Positions 27,655-40,280 of a DNA stretch of 64,000 nt are shown here, piece by piece. Position 1 is the first letter of the stretch. The number at the start of each line of letters is the position of its first letter. The stretch comes from Mytilus edulis (taxonomy: Eukaryota). The translations under genes were made by a program, and so were the position numbers. The DNA is taken from positions 8,866,001 through 8,930,000 of the forward strand of contig NC_092355.1 in assembly GCF_963676685.1 (NCBI RefSeq), written 5' to 3'. Below the pieces are notes generated by a model. The model made no database searches. It worked only from the letters and a program-made list of their open reading frames with translations, and was not told where the DNA came from.

Positions 27655-30600
27655 AAATTTGGAAGAGTTTTACGATCATTACTACTCCATGTTTGTTGTA
27701 CTATAAAATGATTCATAATTGTCAATGGCATTTGTTAGCAAGTATTAAACTATCCCCATAAGAGTTCCCGTAAATTTTGACGTCGTCATAAAAAACATCT
27801 GACGTCACAATGGAAGAGTAAACAACCGATACCGAAAACACTGGAAGTAACTTGCACGAGAGGCACTATTATGGGTTTTGTGCACGAGATGAACCTGATA
27901 TGGGTTATCAGCCCGGGTGGGAAATTATGGCTTGTGTACTTCCGCTCATTACACATATGCAAAATCTATCATATCAATGCTAAGTATATGATAAAATTTT
28001 TTATTACATTGGTTGCAATGAATTACATTGATTTCCCAGTTAAACAAAAAACCGATAATTTCTCATGTGAAATAAACGTGGTTATTTCACTTTCTGAAGT
28101 CATACAACAATAGTCGTTGTCAAGACATCGATTACGGAGGATCAAAACAAATTGTGAATACGTACAAAAAACATATAGTTCCATACATGTTTTACATTAA
28201 ATTTAAAAAAAAAGCCATTTGCCAATGTAATAAAAAGAATAACTAATTAAAGAATTCAAATATCGAAAAATATTCAGAACAACACGAATTACGCGAATTT
28301 GTGAATTAATGTGTTGTTCAGTCACTCGTTGAATATTTTTGAATATTTTCTATAAACAATGATAAATAGTTCAAAAGTATTAAATGATCCATTAAATAAT
28401 GAAATAACGCTTTGATTGCATATTCATGCATGTTTAACTTGTTTGAATGTTTCAAACAGATGGAATGTCTTTTAAAGTTTAGAAAACAAAACCCAACCTT
28501 TTTCAGTTATGAAAGGTAATATTGGTGATTCGAAAATGAATATAAAAACAAGACCTCCTTTTGAGGTAAAAGATCAGAAATGATATTTCACAAAATTAAC
28601 GAAAATAATAACACAGTGTGGTTTGCTTTTTCTTTTTCTAGTTGTATATAACTGACACAAATGTCCTTTTAAAAAAAATGAATATTTGTATTAAAAGGGT
28701 TATGTCTACAAAAATACTTAAGTGAGTATCTGGGTTATATTTGATGACGACATAGCTGATTTAATTATATATTTTGTCAGTATATTGAATAGAAAAAAAA
28801 TGTTTTAAATTCATTTTTAAGATAGTGTATATTAAAAAAAGAAAAAGAAAAAACTAGTAAAGTAATTCACGAGAAAATTTAAAACGAAAAGTCAAAAATC
28901 AAGAAGTCTCAAATCAAATGGCAAAATTAAAAGCTGAAACACATCAAACGAATGGATAACAACTGTTATATTCCTGACTTGGTTCAGTGATTGTCTTAGG
29001 CAAAATATATTGGAGTAAATTTGGTTTTATAGATAGCGATACCTCTCAATTGTAGTCCATATTACTGTTGGTTCGGGTCTGTCTCGTTTTTTCGTTTATT
29101 GTTTTATTATCCATTTAGAAGATTCATTTTTGGTCTTACTACGATAACGCAGATAACTAATCTTCCTTCAAACCCTCTTGCAATACAGAACGAAATCCCC
29201 CCCCCCAATAAAAAAGAACACACACTTGACAAACATAAAAAGAGAATTATAAAAGTCTGGTTGTTTTTTTGGAAATAATACCACATCTTCTTATTTTACA
29301 GTAAGAAAACACTTTTTATTTTTTTCATCCATCACATAATTTAATTTGTGCAAAAACAGATATGCATTAACAATTATATATATGTCCGCTTTTGTAATCT
29401 TAATGCATTAAGCAATCAGAGCGTTTGAAATTTACAACGAAAGGGTTTAAGGATCCTGTATCGCTTATCTATGTCTATGTGCATGTTGATATATCTTTTT
29501 GTCCCAATGGTGATTGATCTAAAATAAATATCAATGATTTTCTTTATAACCATTGATTCAATTATTAATCGGTAGCTATAATTTGAACTTTTCTCAAAAC
29601 CACTTAAAGGAGGGAATTTTAGTTAAAATCAGTTTCTAACTGTTATCTATATAACAAATGACAAACGAGAAACACTTATAAACCACTTCAACAAACGACA
29701 ACTACTAAACATCAGGTTCCTATCTTATGACAGGTGCAAACAAATGCAGCAGGTTTAAACGTTTAATAGGTATCAACCTTCACCCTTACCTATTGAATCA
29801 TCAATTGAAACTCAATCAAAAGACATATCAACACAAGTGAGCATACACTAAACGAACATATATGATCTTTGACACAATGTAGATAAAAAAAGCAACAAGA
29901 TAAGGGGTGCATAATTAAAGGCAACATTAGTATACCACTGTTTCAACGGACTTTTAAAACAGTAAAACAAGGAATATTGGGTATCCATCAATGATAGAAA
30001 ATAAGAACATGTAAATCAAAAACACACGAAAAGCCACGGAGCATTTGTATTGATGTTCTTCTTCCCAAGTTCTCAATGATTCTTCAACACTGAGCAAAAA
30101 ACTCACACCTCACTGTAGGCTTAAGACGGCCCCTAGCAATGGTCAGAGCGAAATTCTTTACAAAATATTTCCTGCAGACTTTGTAAGATGTAACACTACC
30201 ATATAAATCTCGATAAAAAGAACAAACTGGAAAGTTGAACATAACATGCATAATATAAAAAAAAATTTCCTACGCATAGGTGTAAAATATCAAATGATAT
30301 ATCATATATATATTGACAATGTATGTATCAAATGAAAGTTGGCAGAATGGTGCTCACTGCAGAACACATATTGACTGATAACTTTAAATGATACAAACTT
30401 GTACTAATAAATTGAAATAGGAACGCATATTATGACTGTTTCTCAGATAAGATGCACTTATATTTGTATATTCTGGTAACAAGTACGGTATGATGTTAAT
30501 AAATGGTAGATTAAATATCTTTTACTAAAAAGTAAAATTACAAAAAAGATAAAACTGAAAGGGAAATTCAAAACGGAAAGTCCCCAATCAAATGGCAACA

Positions 30601-31169
30601 TCAAAAGTCCAAAACATCAAACGAATGGAAAACAACTGTCATATTCCTGACTTGGTATAGGCATTTTCTTATGTAGAAATGGTAGATTAAACCTGGTTTT
30701 AAGCTATCTAAACTTAACACTAATATGATAGTCGCATCAAATTCCATTATATACAAAATTTTAATTATCATCAACTTTGCCAGTTTGATACATTCATTAG
30801 GGTGTGGAAGGGGTAGGGTGTTTCTTTATTTATGTATTCTTTCATCTTTTAGTTTGATTTTTCTGAATCAAGTATCAACTTGTTGTCAATTATTCTTTAG
30901 TAATTTTTGTTTTAACACCTCATTATTCTCTTTTCGATATGAAGTTTGCGAATTTTTCTCCATTCTTCATTATTTTGACCATTTGATGCTATAAAATACA
31001 CTCTTTAACCCATCAGACCCCCATTTATTAATGTTATATGTATCCTGACTACGTTAATATGGATTTTTCACAACTTCTAAAGAACAAATTGTTATGAATG
31101 ATGTGAAATGCTTTTCTTGGTTTTAATTTCTTATTGTTTTGACCGGAATGTGACTATTGAGTCGTATGA

Positions 31170-31666
31170 AGAACATGCAGAAGAAACGAACGTACAGCGT
31201 ATTTACTCAAAGGCTGGGTATCTGGAATGACCTTGCTAGAACATGCAGAAGAAACGAACGTACAGCGTATTTACTCAAAGGGCTGGGTATCTGGAATGAC
31301 CTTGCTAGAACATGCAGAAGAAACGAACGTACAGCGTATTTACTTAAAGGCTGTGTATCTGGAATGACCTTGCTAGAACATGCAGAAGAAACGAACGTAC
31401 AGCGTATTTACTCAAAGGCCTGGGTATCTGGAATGACCTTGCTAGAACATGCAGAAGAAACCAACGTACAGCGTATTTACTCAAAGGCTGGGTATCTGGA
31501 ATGACCTTGCTAGAACATGCAGAAGAAACGAACGTACAGCGTATTTACTCAAAGGGCTGGGTATCTAGAATGACCTTGCTAGAACATGCAGAAGAAACGA
31601 ACGTACAGCGTATTTACTCAAAGGCTGGGTATCTGGAATGACCTTGCTAGAACATGCAGAAGAAAC
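31170..31666. repeat. 68-bp minisatellite, about 7 copies
   Basis: GAACATGCAG at 31171, 31239, 31308 and onward. Confidence 0.92.
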
Positions 31667-33228
31667 AATCATCCCTCGTATTTACTACTACACATGTCAA
31701 CACAATGATCAACCTAATATGGAATTTACAAAATACCCATGTCAGCACAAAAATGATACAACTGGCTAAGCTGTTATATGCTTTTAATTTCCAATAGGAA
31801 ACAATGGTTATGACGAAAGGCGCGACGGGTGTAACTAATCATCATCAGGGTTCTTTTCTGAGTCTCATAGAGAAGAAATAAATTGCTGATGGTTTCACGA
31901 GATACCAGAGGGATATTGAAATTAAACAAGTTTAAACTCATAAGTAGACAAATACTGAAAATGCCATGGCTAAAAACGAAACAAAACACTAAAGGACAAA
32001 CAACCAAATACTAAACACAAGATAGAATTTAACTTTATATACTAAGCAACACAAACCCCATCAAAACTAAGGATGATCTCAAGTGCTCCGAAAGGGATAT
32101 CATATCCTCTCCTAAGGTGACACCCGTTGTGTTTAACAAACAATTTCCACTCCACTCGTAAAGGGCTGGTTATTAATTTGAGTCCTAAACCATAATGTTG
32201 GACAATGTAGTTTTGATTAATTCCTTTTAGGTAGGTGATTTATGAGGTCATAAAATGAACACTTTATCATAGAATATCAATACCGCAAATCTGACTATTA
32301 TCGATCACAAATATTTTTTATGATAAGATCAAAAGTTTTACAGAAAACTGATTAGGTTTTCAAAGAATAAATGGGTATAATCCTGCCTGCGGTTTTAGTG
32401 CTTGGTACGTTTGCCCTGTGACTATTATTGTAGTATTCACAGATTTGACGATATTCAATATATTCTTCAGATCATATCAGCTGTCAAATCTACATTGGTA
32501 TCTGTCCATGTCTTAATTTGGACAACGGTTGTTCTATTATGTTTGACACTTAAATTCATGGATAAAGTCATGGACAAAAACCAATAAATTGGTTCCCCAC
32601 AAATAATAGTACTTTCATAGTATATATATACTAAGCAACACGAACTGAAGGATGATCTCAAGTGCTCCGAAATGGTTATCACATCCTCTCCTAAAGTGAC
32701 ACCCGTTGTGTTTAACAAACAATTTCCACTCCACTCAGATAGGGCTGGTTATTAATTTTAGTCCTTAACCATAATGTTGGACAATGTAGTTTTGATAAAT
32801 TGCTATCATCATTCTAAGTCCTTAGTGATAATACACATATGTACAAAATAGTGAAGAGTGTTGGATCTACTTATTTGGAATCTTTCAATCAGCCCACATA
32901 CATTCTTTCTGCATGAAACATCTAAAAACCCACTTAACAACTCAACCACATTAGATAAAACATAATGCATACTTTGATGCCTTTGATTTGTTAACGTGGT
33001 ACCTTTGAATTTTTTTGTTGACATGGTTTAATTTTTCAAGGCTATAACATTATATATTATATGATGAAATTTTATTTATAATTCTTTGAATATTTTCAAA
33101 TGAAAGTTAAGTCGAAAAATGTGTTCATAATGACAAAAATTAAGAGGGCATGTTGCGAAAGACTCCAAAATGATTATTTTTCAAAAGGATCAATTTTTAT
33201 ACAAAAGAATTTTAATGCTTAGAAGAAG

Positions 33229-33236
33229 TATTTAAA
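33229..33236 (+). promoter_or_regulatory. Candidate TATA box (TATTTAAA) of collagen copy B
   Basis: About 55 bp upstream of the signal-peptide ATG; position is plausible but the background is AT-rich. Confidence 0.35.
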
Positions 33237-33290
33237 GGGATTACTTTGGAAGTATTCTGCATAGACTTCAATCACACCAAAAAAAGGTCG

Positions 33291-33369
33291 ATGTATATGT
33301 GTTTTTGGTATTGCCTAGCAGTGCTTGTTGCGCTTCAGACTGATGCTAAATCTACACAAAAGATACTCG
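33291..33369 (+). CDS. Collagen-like gene copy B exon 1, signal peptide (MYMCFWYCLAVLVALQTDA/KSTQKIL)
   Basis: ATG, hydrophobic core, T-D-A cleavage motif, perfect donor G|gtaagt (phase 1). Confidence 0.75.
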
Positions 33370-33953
33370 GTAAGTTCTAACTTTCGGAAATAAATTTTTA
33401 CTCTCATATGATTTATCCTATGTCAACGTTGAATTTTGTGCTGCTTCATTTTTCTGAGTTTTTTTTTTTTGCAGTTGTTTGTATACTGTTGTCTCTTTGG
33501 TCGTTTTTTTATGTTGTTTTTTTTTGCCTTGATGTTGTTGTTCTGTCTTTGGATCATGGAATTTAATTGTCCGAATGTTAATCTTGATCTTGACGGGGTA
33601 GGGATCCCGCTAACATGTTTAAAGCCGCCACATTATAACTGTATGTGTCTGTCCCACGTCAAGATCATGTAACAGTGGTTGCCGTTTGTTGCTGTGTTAC
33701 ATATTCATTAAGTGGGTTTTTTGTACATTAATTATGCTGTTTTCTCGTTAGAACTGTTTTACCTTTGTGATTTCGGGGCCTTTTATAGCGGACTCTGCGG
33801 TATTGGCTCTTGGGGAGATTTGTGTTATTGGCAATGATACCACATCATTTATATTTCTTTGTTGTACATTATTAAACACGGCTTTCAAACTTCATTATTG
33901 GATTGTATCAAAGAAAGAGGCAATGTAACTTTCTATGGTTTTATAATACCTAA

Positions 33954-34223
33954 GGTGGTACCTAACACTACAGGGAGATAACTCTGTAATGTCAGCTAAT
34001 GTTTTAATTACGTTGCGTTGTGAAGGCAATATAAAGCTTCTGAATGATCAAAATTAGTGTTTGTCAAACTGCTATATAACCAGTGTAATTTTTCTGATAA
34101 AACGCTTGGTTCAAATTTTTGAATTTTTTATATTTTTGTAAAAGGGTCAAAGTAAATACTTTGTCAAAATTTTATGAAAATTAAATGAGCCAAATTGTTT
34201 TAGTGTAAGTAATGGGTACCATC
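33954..34223. mobile_element. MITE, Kolobok-like termini
   Basis: GGTGGTACC...GGTACCATC termini flanked by CTAA/TTAA. Confidence 0.6.
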
Positions 34224-34942
34224 TTAACCATGTCAGATCAAGGTTGATAAAACATTGACGAATTTAACTATTTAAGAGATTAAATAACAACATATTTGGT
34301 TGATTTAGTAACGAACGTGCAAAAGACTGGACTTATTTAATCTCAATTTGAATATAGATATTAATCTGTTAAATAAAATATAAATATATAAATTGCATGA
34401 ACATGACAAACTGAAATACAGATATTAAATGACGCCACCATAGGAAACACACAATAGGGATATTATTTGTTTGAATTTCATTAGCTTGTTTTCTACTCTT
34501 TGTCCTGCTTTAATAAGCACGGAATTTAGTAGTTGTTTTTTTTTACTCAGCGGTTCAAATGTAACGCAAAGAATAGAAACTTCAAAACTTGTAAATGGGA
34601 AAATATGGAATTTATTTTAAAGGTACAGCTATTGTTAAGGTGAAACCGATGCATCATCATAAATACAAAAAGAAGATGTGGTATGATTGCCAATTAGACA
34701 CCTCTCAACAAAAATTCCTAAAAGTTTTCTAAGGTAATCTATTTCTGAGGTCGACAAACCGTAGTATTTAAAACAAACACAGTTTTTGTAAACAGTTAAT
34801 TCATGATTATGAACATATCAATAATTACTCAAGTCAACACAGGAGTGTTGATTACTGGGCTGGTGATGCGAGTGCTTACGAATAATTACTGAATTTAGCA
34901 TATCTATAAGATAGTTCATAGTGAAAGTTTTTCAGATAGCAA

Positions 34943-35275
34943 ATAAACTGATCCTGTGATCATAGATACAAGGATTAAAATTTTAGATATACGCCAGACG
35001 CGCGTTTCGACTACAAAAGACTCATCAGTGACGCTCGAATCAAAACATGTTAAAAAGGCCAAATAAAGTACCAAAGGTTGAAGAGCATTGAAAACCGAAA
35101 GTTCCTAAAAGTTTTGCCAAATACAGCTAAGGTAATCTATTCCTGAGGTAGAAAAGCCTGAGTATTTAAAAATTCAAAGTTGTGTAAACAGTTAATTTAT
35201 GATTATGAATTTATCAATGATAGCTCAAGTCAACACTGAACTGTCAGAAGTGCTGACTACTGGGCTGCTGATGCG
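34943..35275 (-). mobile_element. Retrozyme-type repeat unit (partial second copy at 34712-34870)
   Basis: Carries the hammerhead at 34991-35034; its body matches 46010-46127 and 42581-42705. Confidence 0.75.
34991..35034 (-). ncRNA. Minimal type I hammerhead ribozyme (one helix II mismatch)
   Basis: Reverse complement GCGTCA CTGATGA GTC TTTTGTA GTC GAAAC GCGC GTC^TGGCGT. Confidence 0.8.
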
Positions 35276-35403
35276 AGTGCTTACAAATGATAACTGTATT
35301 TAGCATATCTAAAATTTCTAACTATAAGATAGTTCTAGTGAAAGTTTTTCAGATAGCAACATAGACAAATATTGAAGTTCAGAGTTTTGATTTTTTTTTG
35401 CAG

Positions 35404-35435
35404 GTAAACTTACAGAACAACAAGATAAAGATGAG
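35404..35435 (+). CDS. Copy B exon 2 (GKLTEQQDKDE)
   Basis: Strong acceptor t(n)gcag; phase 1-0; weak donor gttgaa; joins exons 1 and 3 in frame. Confidence 0.6.
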
Positions 35436-36188
35436 GTTGAATTTTTCTAAGTTAATCGATCATGTTTGTTTTGTTATATCTTAAGCAATTTCTTCACTTT
35501 TCTATTTGTAACTTTTAACTTCAATTTTACTCAAAGGAAACTTTAATTTGTAATGAAAGCAATACAATTGGTACATAAAAAGTCAAGCCACAAAAAAACT
35601 GAATTCAAAACGGAAAGTCCTTAATCAAATGGCAAAATCAAAAGCTCAAACACATCAGACGAATGGATAACAAATGGCATATACTGTCTTGGTACAGGCA
35701 TTTTTTGTGTGTAAAAATGGTGAATTAAACCTGGTTTTATAGCTACCTAAACCTCTTACTTGTAAGAAAAGAGTACCGTAAAATGGAAATCACTAAAATC
35801 AGACTAAACAGTAAAAGTAATATGCATAATGTAAAATAAAAGAATACTATAAAACGTTTTTAAGATGATAACCAACGTCAGTACCCAGAATCTATACTTC
35901 AAGACCCTCGTGTATAATCTATGAAGTTGATACGGAATATTAATGAACAATTTATTGCATTCTTTGATTCGATCACAGCGTCCTAAATGTTTTAAATTTA
36001 ACAAATAAAGTTATGTTATTTCCATTTTTGGGTACGCACATGGAAATTTATGATTCAACATACATAAGTTTCTAGAGCGGCGAATGAATTCATTGATAGT
36101 ACTTTTTTTAATATTGATTTATACTTAAATTTCTATTTACAAATTTAATTTATATTTATAACATAAAAATATTACATTAAAAACACAG

Positions 36189-36264
36189 CTTGTAGATCGT
36201 GTGAAAAGATATACTGACGACGCAGACTACGTATATTTCGATCTTGGACAAGAGCATAAACAAG
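36189..36264 (+). CDS. Copy B exon 3 (LVDRVKR/YTDDADYVYFDLGQEHKQ), contains R-X-K-R convertase site
   Basis: cacag| ... AAG|gtaaat; phase 0-1; open frame continues into the micro-exon. Confidence 0.7.
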
Positions 36265-38037
36265 GTAAATATTTTCTTTCTCATTAAAAAAAGTGTGAAG
36301 ACAAAATATTGATCTCTGATGAAAAGTCCAAAATCAATGGAAAAATCAAAAGCTCAAACACATCAAATGAATGGATCACAACTGTCATATTCATGACTTG
36401 GTACAGACATTTTATGTTCAGTATTTTTGTGATTTTTTTTCTTATGGATATAGCAAATGGTGGACTATAGCTAGCTTAACTTCTCATTTGTATGGCAGTC
36501 TGATTAAATTCCATTAGTTGACAACGTTTTGTGAAAAAAAACCTTCATAAAAAAAATCATTTTTCCAGTGCCTATTGTGACCCTTTAACGTTTGATTCAT
36601 TAAAACGAGTAATTTCTTATAGGAGAAACTTTAAAGGTTTGTTGGAAAATGAATTGCTATATGAAAGAGAAAATTTATCTGCATTTGAATTTTTGATTTT
36701 GATTTTAATGTTTTTTTCCAATCTGTTTTTCACATTTTATCGTTTTGCTAGCTAACAAAATCAATGTTAGTAGTTATTTTGCATTATAATATGCATAACT
36801 TTATACTGAATATACCAAAAGTATCACGAGTCAGAAATGACCTTATTTCACCTGTATACAAGATCTAGGAACTATATTACCTCAAGTTTACAAAATATTC
36901 CATAGAACCCCCGCCCCCCCCTCCCAAAAAAAATGATTGTGCTTTGAAACACCCAAAACATATGTTTATGACACAGAAATATTTTACTGTAACGAAATGT
37001 AGGATTAGTTACCTACAACTGTCAAATTCAAGGGAATATTTTTTCGACCTATTTTCGTATACAACCGGATGTGACGTACCATCATTTGTTGGTATTACAC
37101 CTATACAAATGCGTATTTTGTATTTTATTATTGATCATGTTATTAAAAAAGTTAATAAAAATTATAATGAGCGTGAAGCATTTTACAATTATCAAATAAA
37201 CAACAATGGTCCATTTTATAGTTTCCATTTCGTATCATTCATGTTATACAAGAGAAAGATCAAATAGGGAAAAATATGGTGACCTCTGGTCATCGTCTGG
37301 ACGGCAATAACAAATTTGTCATAACTGGGCGTCCGTTTGATAGAGCAGTGTCAGGTCATTACGGGAACGTTTAATTGTATAAGTAGGGCGCCATGCATCT
37401 TGCACATTAAAAATACGTTGCAGCTTCTCCATTCCCATTCTCAATTTTATTAATGATTGTTCTGTTCAAATTTTCCCGCACTTTTCAATGACAGTTCAAA
37501 ATATCATCTCGTTGGACGTTCGTCATTGTACATACCTATTGGGCATAAATCAAACAGCAAACAATCACGTGGTTGTTGGACATATATACCAGTAAAAATA
37601 CATCTGAAGTAAAGTGCACCTACCAATGTTCTCTAATTTCAATGTGATAGAATATATGATAAAGAGACGAAAGATAAAAAAAGATGAATTCACACTTATG
37701 AGTATGAAAAAAGACTGACAAATCAATGGAAAAACCAATTAAAAAAGAAAATCACAATTATTCATATTATTCATAACACAATGTAGAAAAACTGAAGACT
37801 ATGCCCCCTCTCCCCAACAAACTCGGTTGATCTCAGCTGCCGAGTAATGATATCCTGCTCCAAATATACACATATTGCACATGTTAGTATAAATTCATTT
37901 ATGAGTCTCATTCGATAGCTCATTTCAATTTCAATTTAGTAACATAAAAACCACATAGAAATGATTAAAAAGGGGACTGCTGTGAATCAAGAAATAAACA
38001 AACATTAAGTGAATTGTATTATTGTTTATTTTTACAG

Positions 38038-38058
38038 ATGAACCATATGAAGTCGTTG
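38038..38058 (+). CDS. Copy B 21-bp micro-exon (DEPYEVV)
   Basis: tttacag| ... |gtgagt; homologous to 1371-1391 with only synonymous or conservative changes. Confidence 0.8.
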
Positions 38059-38878
38059 GTGAGTTATTATAAAACCTTTGTAGTGTACAAACAAACAGTA
38101 CTCACATAGCAATTGATTCGCCGTGTTAGAACTCTAATGAATTCAGGGTACTATTGACAAAAGCGTTCAATAAAACGATGTAATTGGTTAACTATGTTCT
38201 GAACAATAGAAAACCCTACTAATTAAAAAAAATCAATAATTTCATGTATTTCGACTTAATAGACATCTGTTCATTTGGAGTTAGAATTTTTTATATCACG
38301 TCTCATAATTTGTCAAAAAAATATTGCAATTTCAATTACTTATAAGAAACATTATTGAGTTAATGTATTAAACAATACATTAACTTTCCAATAAACATTT
38401 ATTTCATCAAATGTAGATTTAATACCAATCAAGTTTACAAAGAAGTCTTGACTTATAAACAAAAGTAAGTATTCCGCTTGTTAGTAATTAATTCATGAAA
38501 TTGTTAATCCGTGTACAAACACTATTACACATGTCAAATCATTTAGGTATGAGGTCCAACGCAGTGCACTTTCATTATGTTCTTGTTCAGAAACATGATG
38601 ATCTGACAACAACTTCAGATGAAAGTCTGTTTCTAAGTTTTGTTTCAACCAGTCCTGCACTAGACAAAATCTTCTCGGAAGGAACGGACTATGATTGTAT
38701 TGCTAAAACACATTTTCCAAATACAGATAAACCTGAGACAAAGTTACAACACATATTAATCTTAAACTATACGTATTTACGTTGTAAATAGATACATTTT
38801 GTTAGTATTTCGAAGGATTTTGCAAAGGCAACTTACCAACGTGAGTCTTAACTTAATGAGAAATATAATATTTATCAA

Positions 38879-39020
38879 ATCCGAACAAATATCCGAGTAC
38901 TTGGTCATCACAGAGAGTATGTAGTACCATAGTACTCGTGATGCCATCGAATCCGAACAAATATCCGAGTACTTGGTCATCTCAGCGAGTATGTAGTACC
39001 ATAGTACTCGTGATGCCATC
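38879..39020. repeat. 72-bp tandem duplication
   Basis: ATCCGAACAAATATCCGAGTAC at 38879 and 38951. Confidence 0.85.
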
Positions 39021-39250
39021 CAAAATACAAATAGAAGCATACTTTTTTTATAATTTCTCCTTCATTTAAAATTTAAATACGCCCGAAAAAAATCCATTTA
39101 GGGTTAATTTTTTTTGTGGTCTCGTTCAATGCTGGTGGTTATGAATTGTATTTTCGATAAGGCAACCCAACGCTTTTGAATAATAGTTGCTTTATCTCGT
39201 CTAAGGTTCCCAAAAGAACACAAATATAAATTTAAATTGTCTATTTTCAG

Positions 39251-39283
39251 AAATAGGGGTACCTGGTCCTCCTGGTAAACAGG
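39251..39283 (+). CDS. Copy B 33-bp exon (EIGVPGPPGKQ)
   Basis: ttttcag| ... G|gtaaga; exactly one triplet (9 bp) shorter than the copy A exon 1998-2039. Confidence 0.85.
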
Positions 39284-40280
39284 GTAAGACGTACTGTAGG
39301 TTCATTGAGAATTATCACCAGAACCCACAATGTCAAACGAATATACTAATGTTTCTTTCTATAGAAACTAAAGCAAATATAGGTAACAGTAGTATACCGT
39401 CGTTCGAAATTCATAAATCGATAGAGAAAAAACAAATCCGAGTTACAAACTAAAACTGGGGGAAACGCATCAAATATAAGAGAACTACGACACAACAGAA
39501 ACACGACATTAACATTAAACACACACAGAAACGAACTATAATATAACAATGGCCATTGTCCTGACTTGGTACAGGGCATTTTAAGAAAAGAATGGAGGTT
39601 TGAACCTCCCGCTTTAATGGCAATGTTAATTATAACATTAAAATGACAACAATACATGACAGGACTACAATACAAAAAAAAGTAAATATAGGACAGAGAA
39701 ACATACGAATAATCGCCAACGAAAGGTACTAGGTTAAATAAAAAAAATTAATACGCCAGACGTGCGTTACGTACAAATAACGAATCAAACATCATCAACA
39801 CCCATAAATAGTTGCCATGAAAAAAACCCAATCTAAGTTTAGTTTAAACAAATCTTATTATTCAAAATGAGTATTAGATCGCACAAAAGTTTTACAACTT
39901 AGTAACGTCTTCTCCAAAACAACAAAAAATACACATTAATTCATTAACACATCAAATATTCCATACTTACAAATAATTTAGGCACACAGTGCAATAAATG
40001 TATCTATAGACTGTAAATATATGTCTATATTATTTTTAGAATCCACCCTATCCAAAAGATAATCACTAGTTTTTAAGATTTCTGAATGTAAAGTTATATA
40101 TGAGAAAATTTAATGACTAATTTTGAATCATTCGTTCATTTATGTATTATAAATTTGATAGGCTGAATAAAAGTATTCAAATGTCTGTCAATAAAGATAA
40201 ACAAATAAGTCATCCAAGTAACCGGTATTTCCTAAATCCAGGCAAATGTTTTCATTCCATTTATGTTTGAAATTTTGTAG

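Larger units (their letters stand above)
22199..27995. mobile_element. Long-hairpin non-autonomous element carrying nested insertions
   Basis: Hairpin arms of about 43 bp at 22203-22245 / 22296-22338; TTTATCATATACTT (22341-22354) is perfectly inverted at 27982-27995. Confidence 0.65.

Noticed and set aside
31157-31504. 115-aa repetitive ORF
   Set aside because: Product of the 68-bp minisatellite; the unit is not a multiple of three and no splice context is evident.
34551-34622. Candidate extra exon in intron 1 of copy B (good acceptor, AAG|gtacag donor)
   Set aside because: Open only in phase 0-0; the phase-1 reading needed here hits TAA after four codons.
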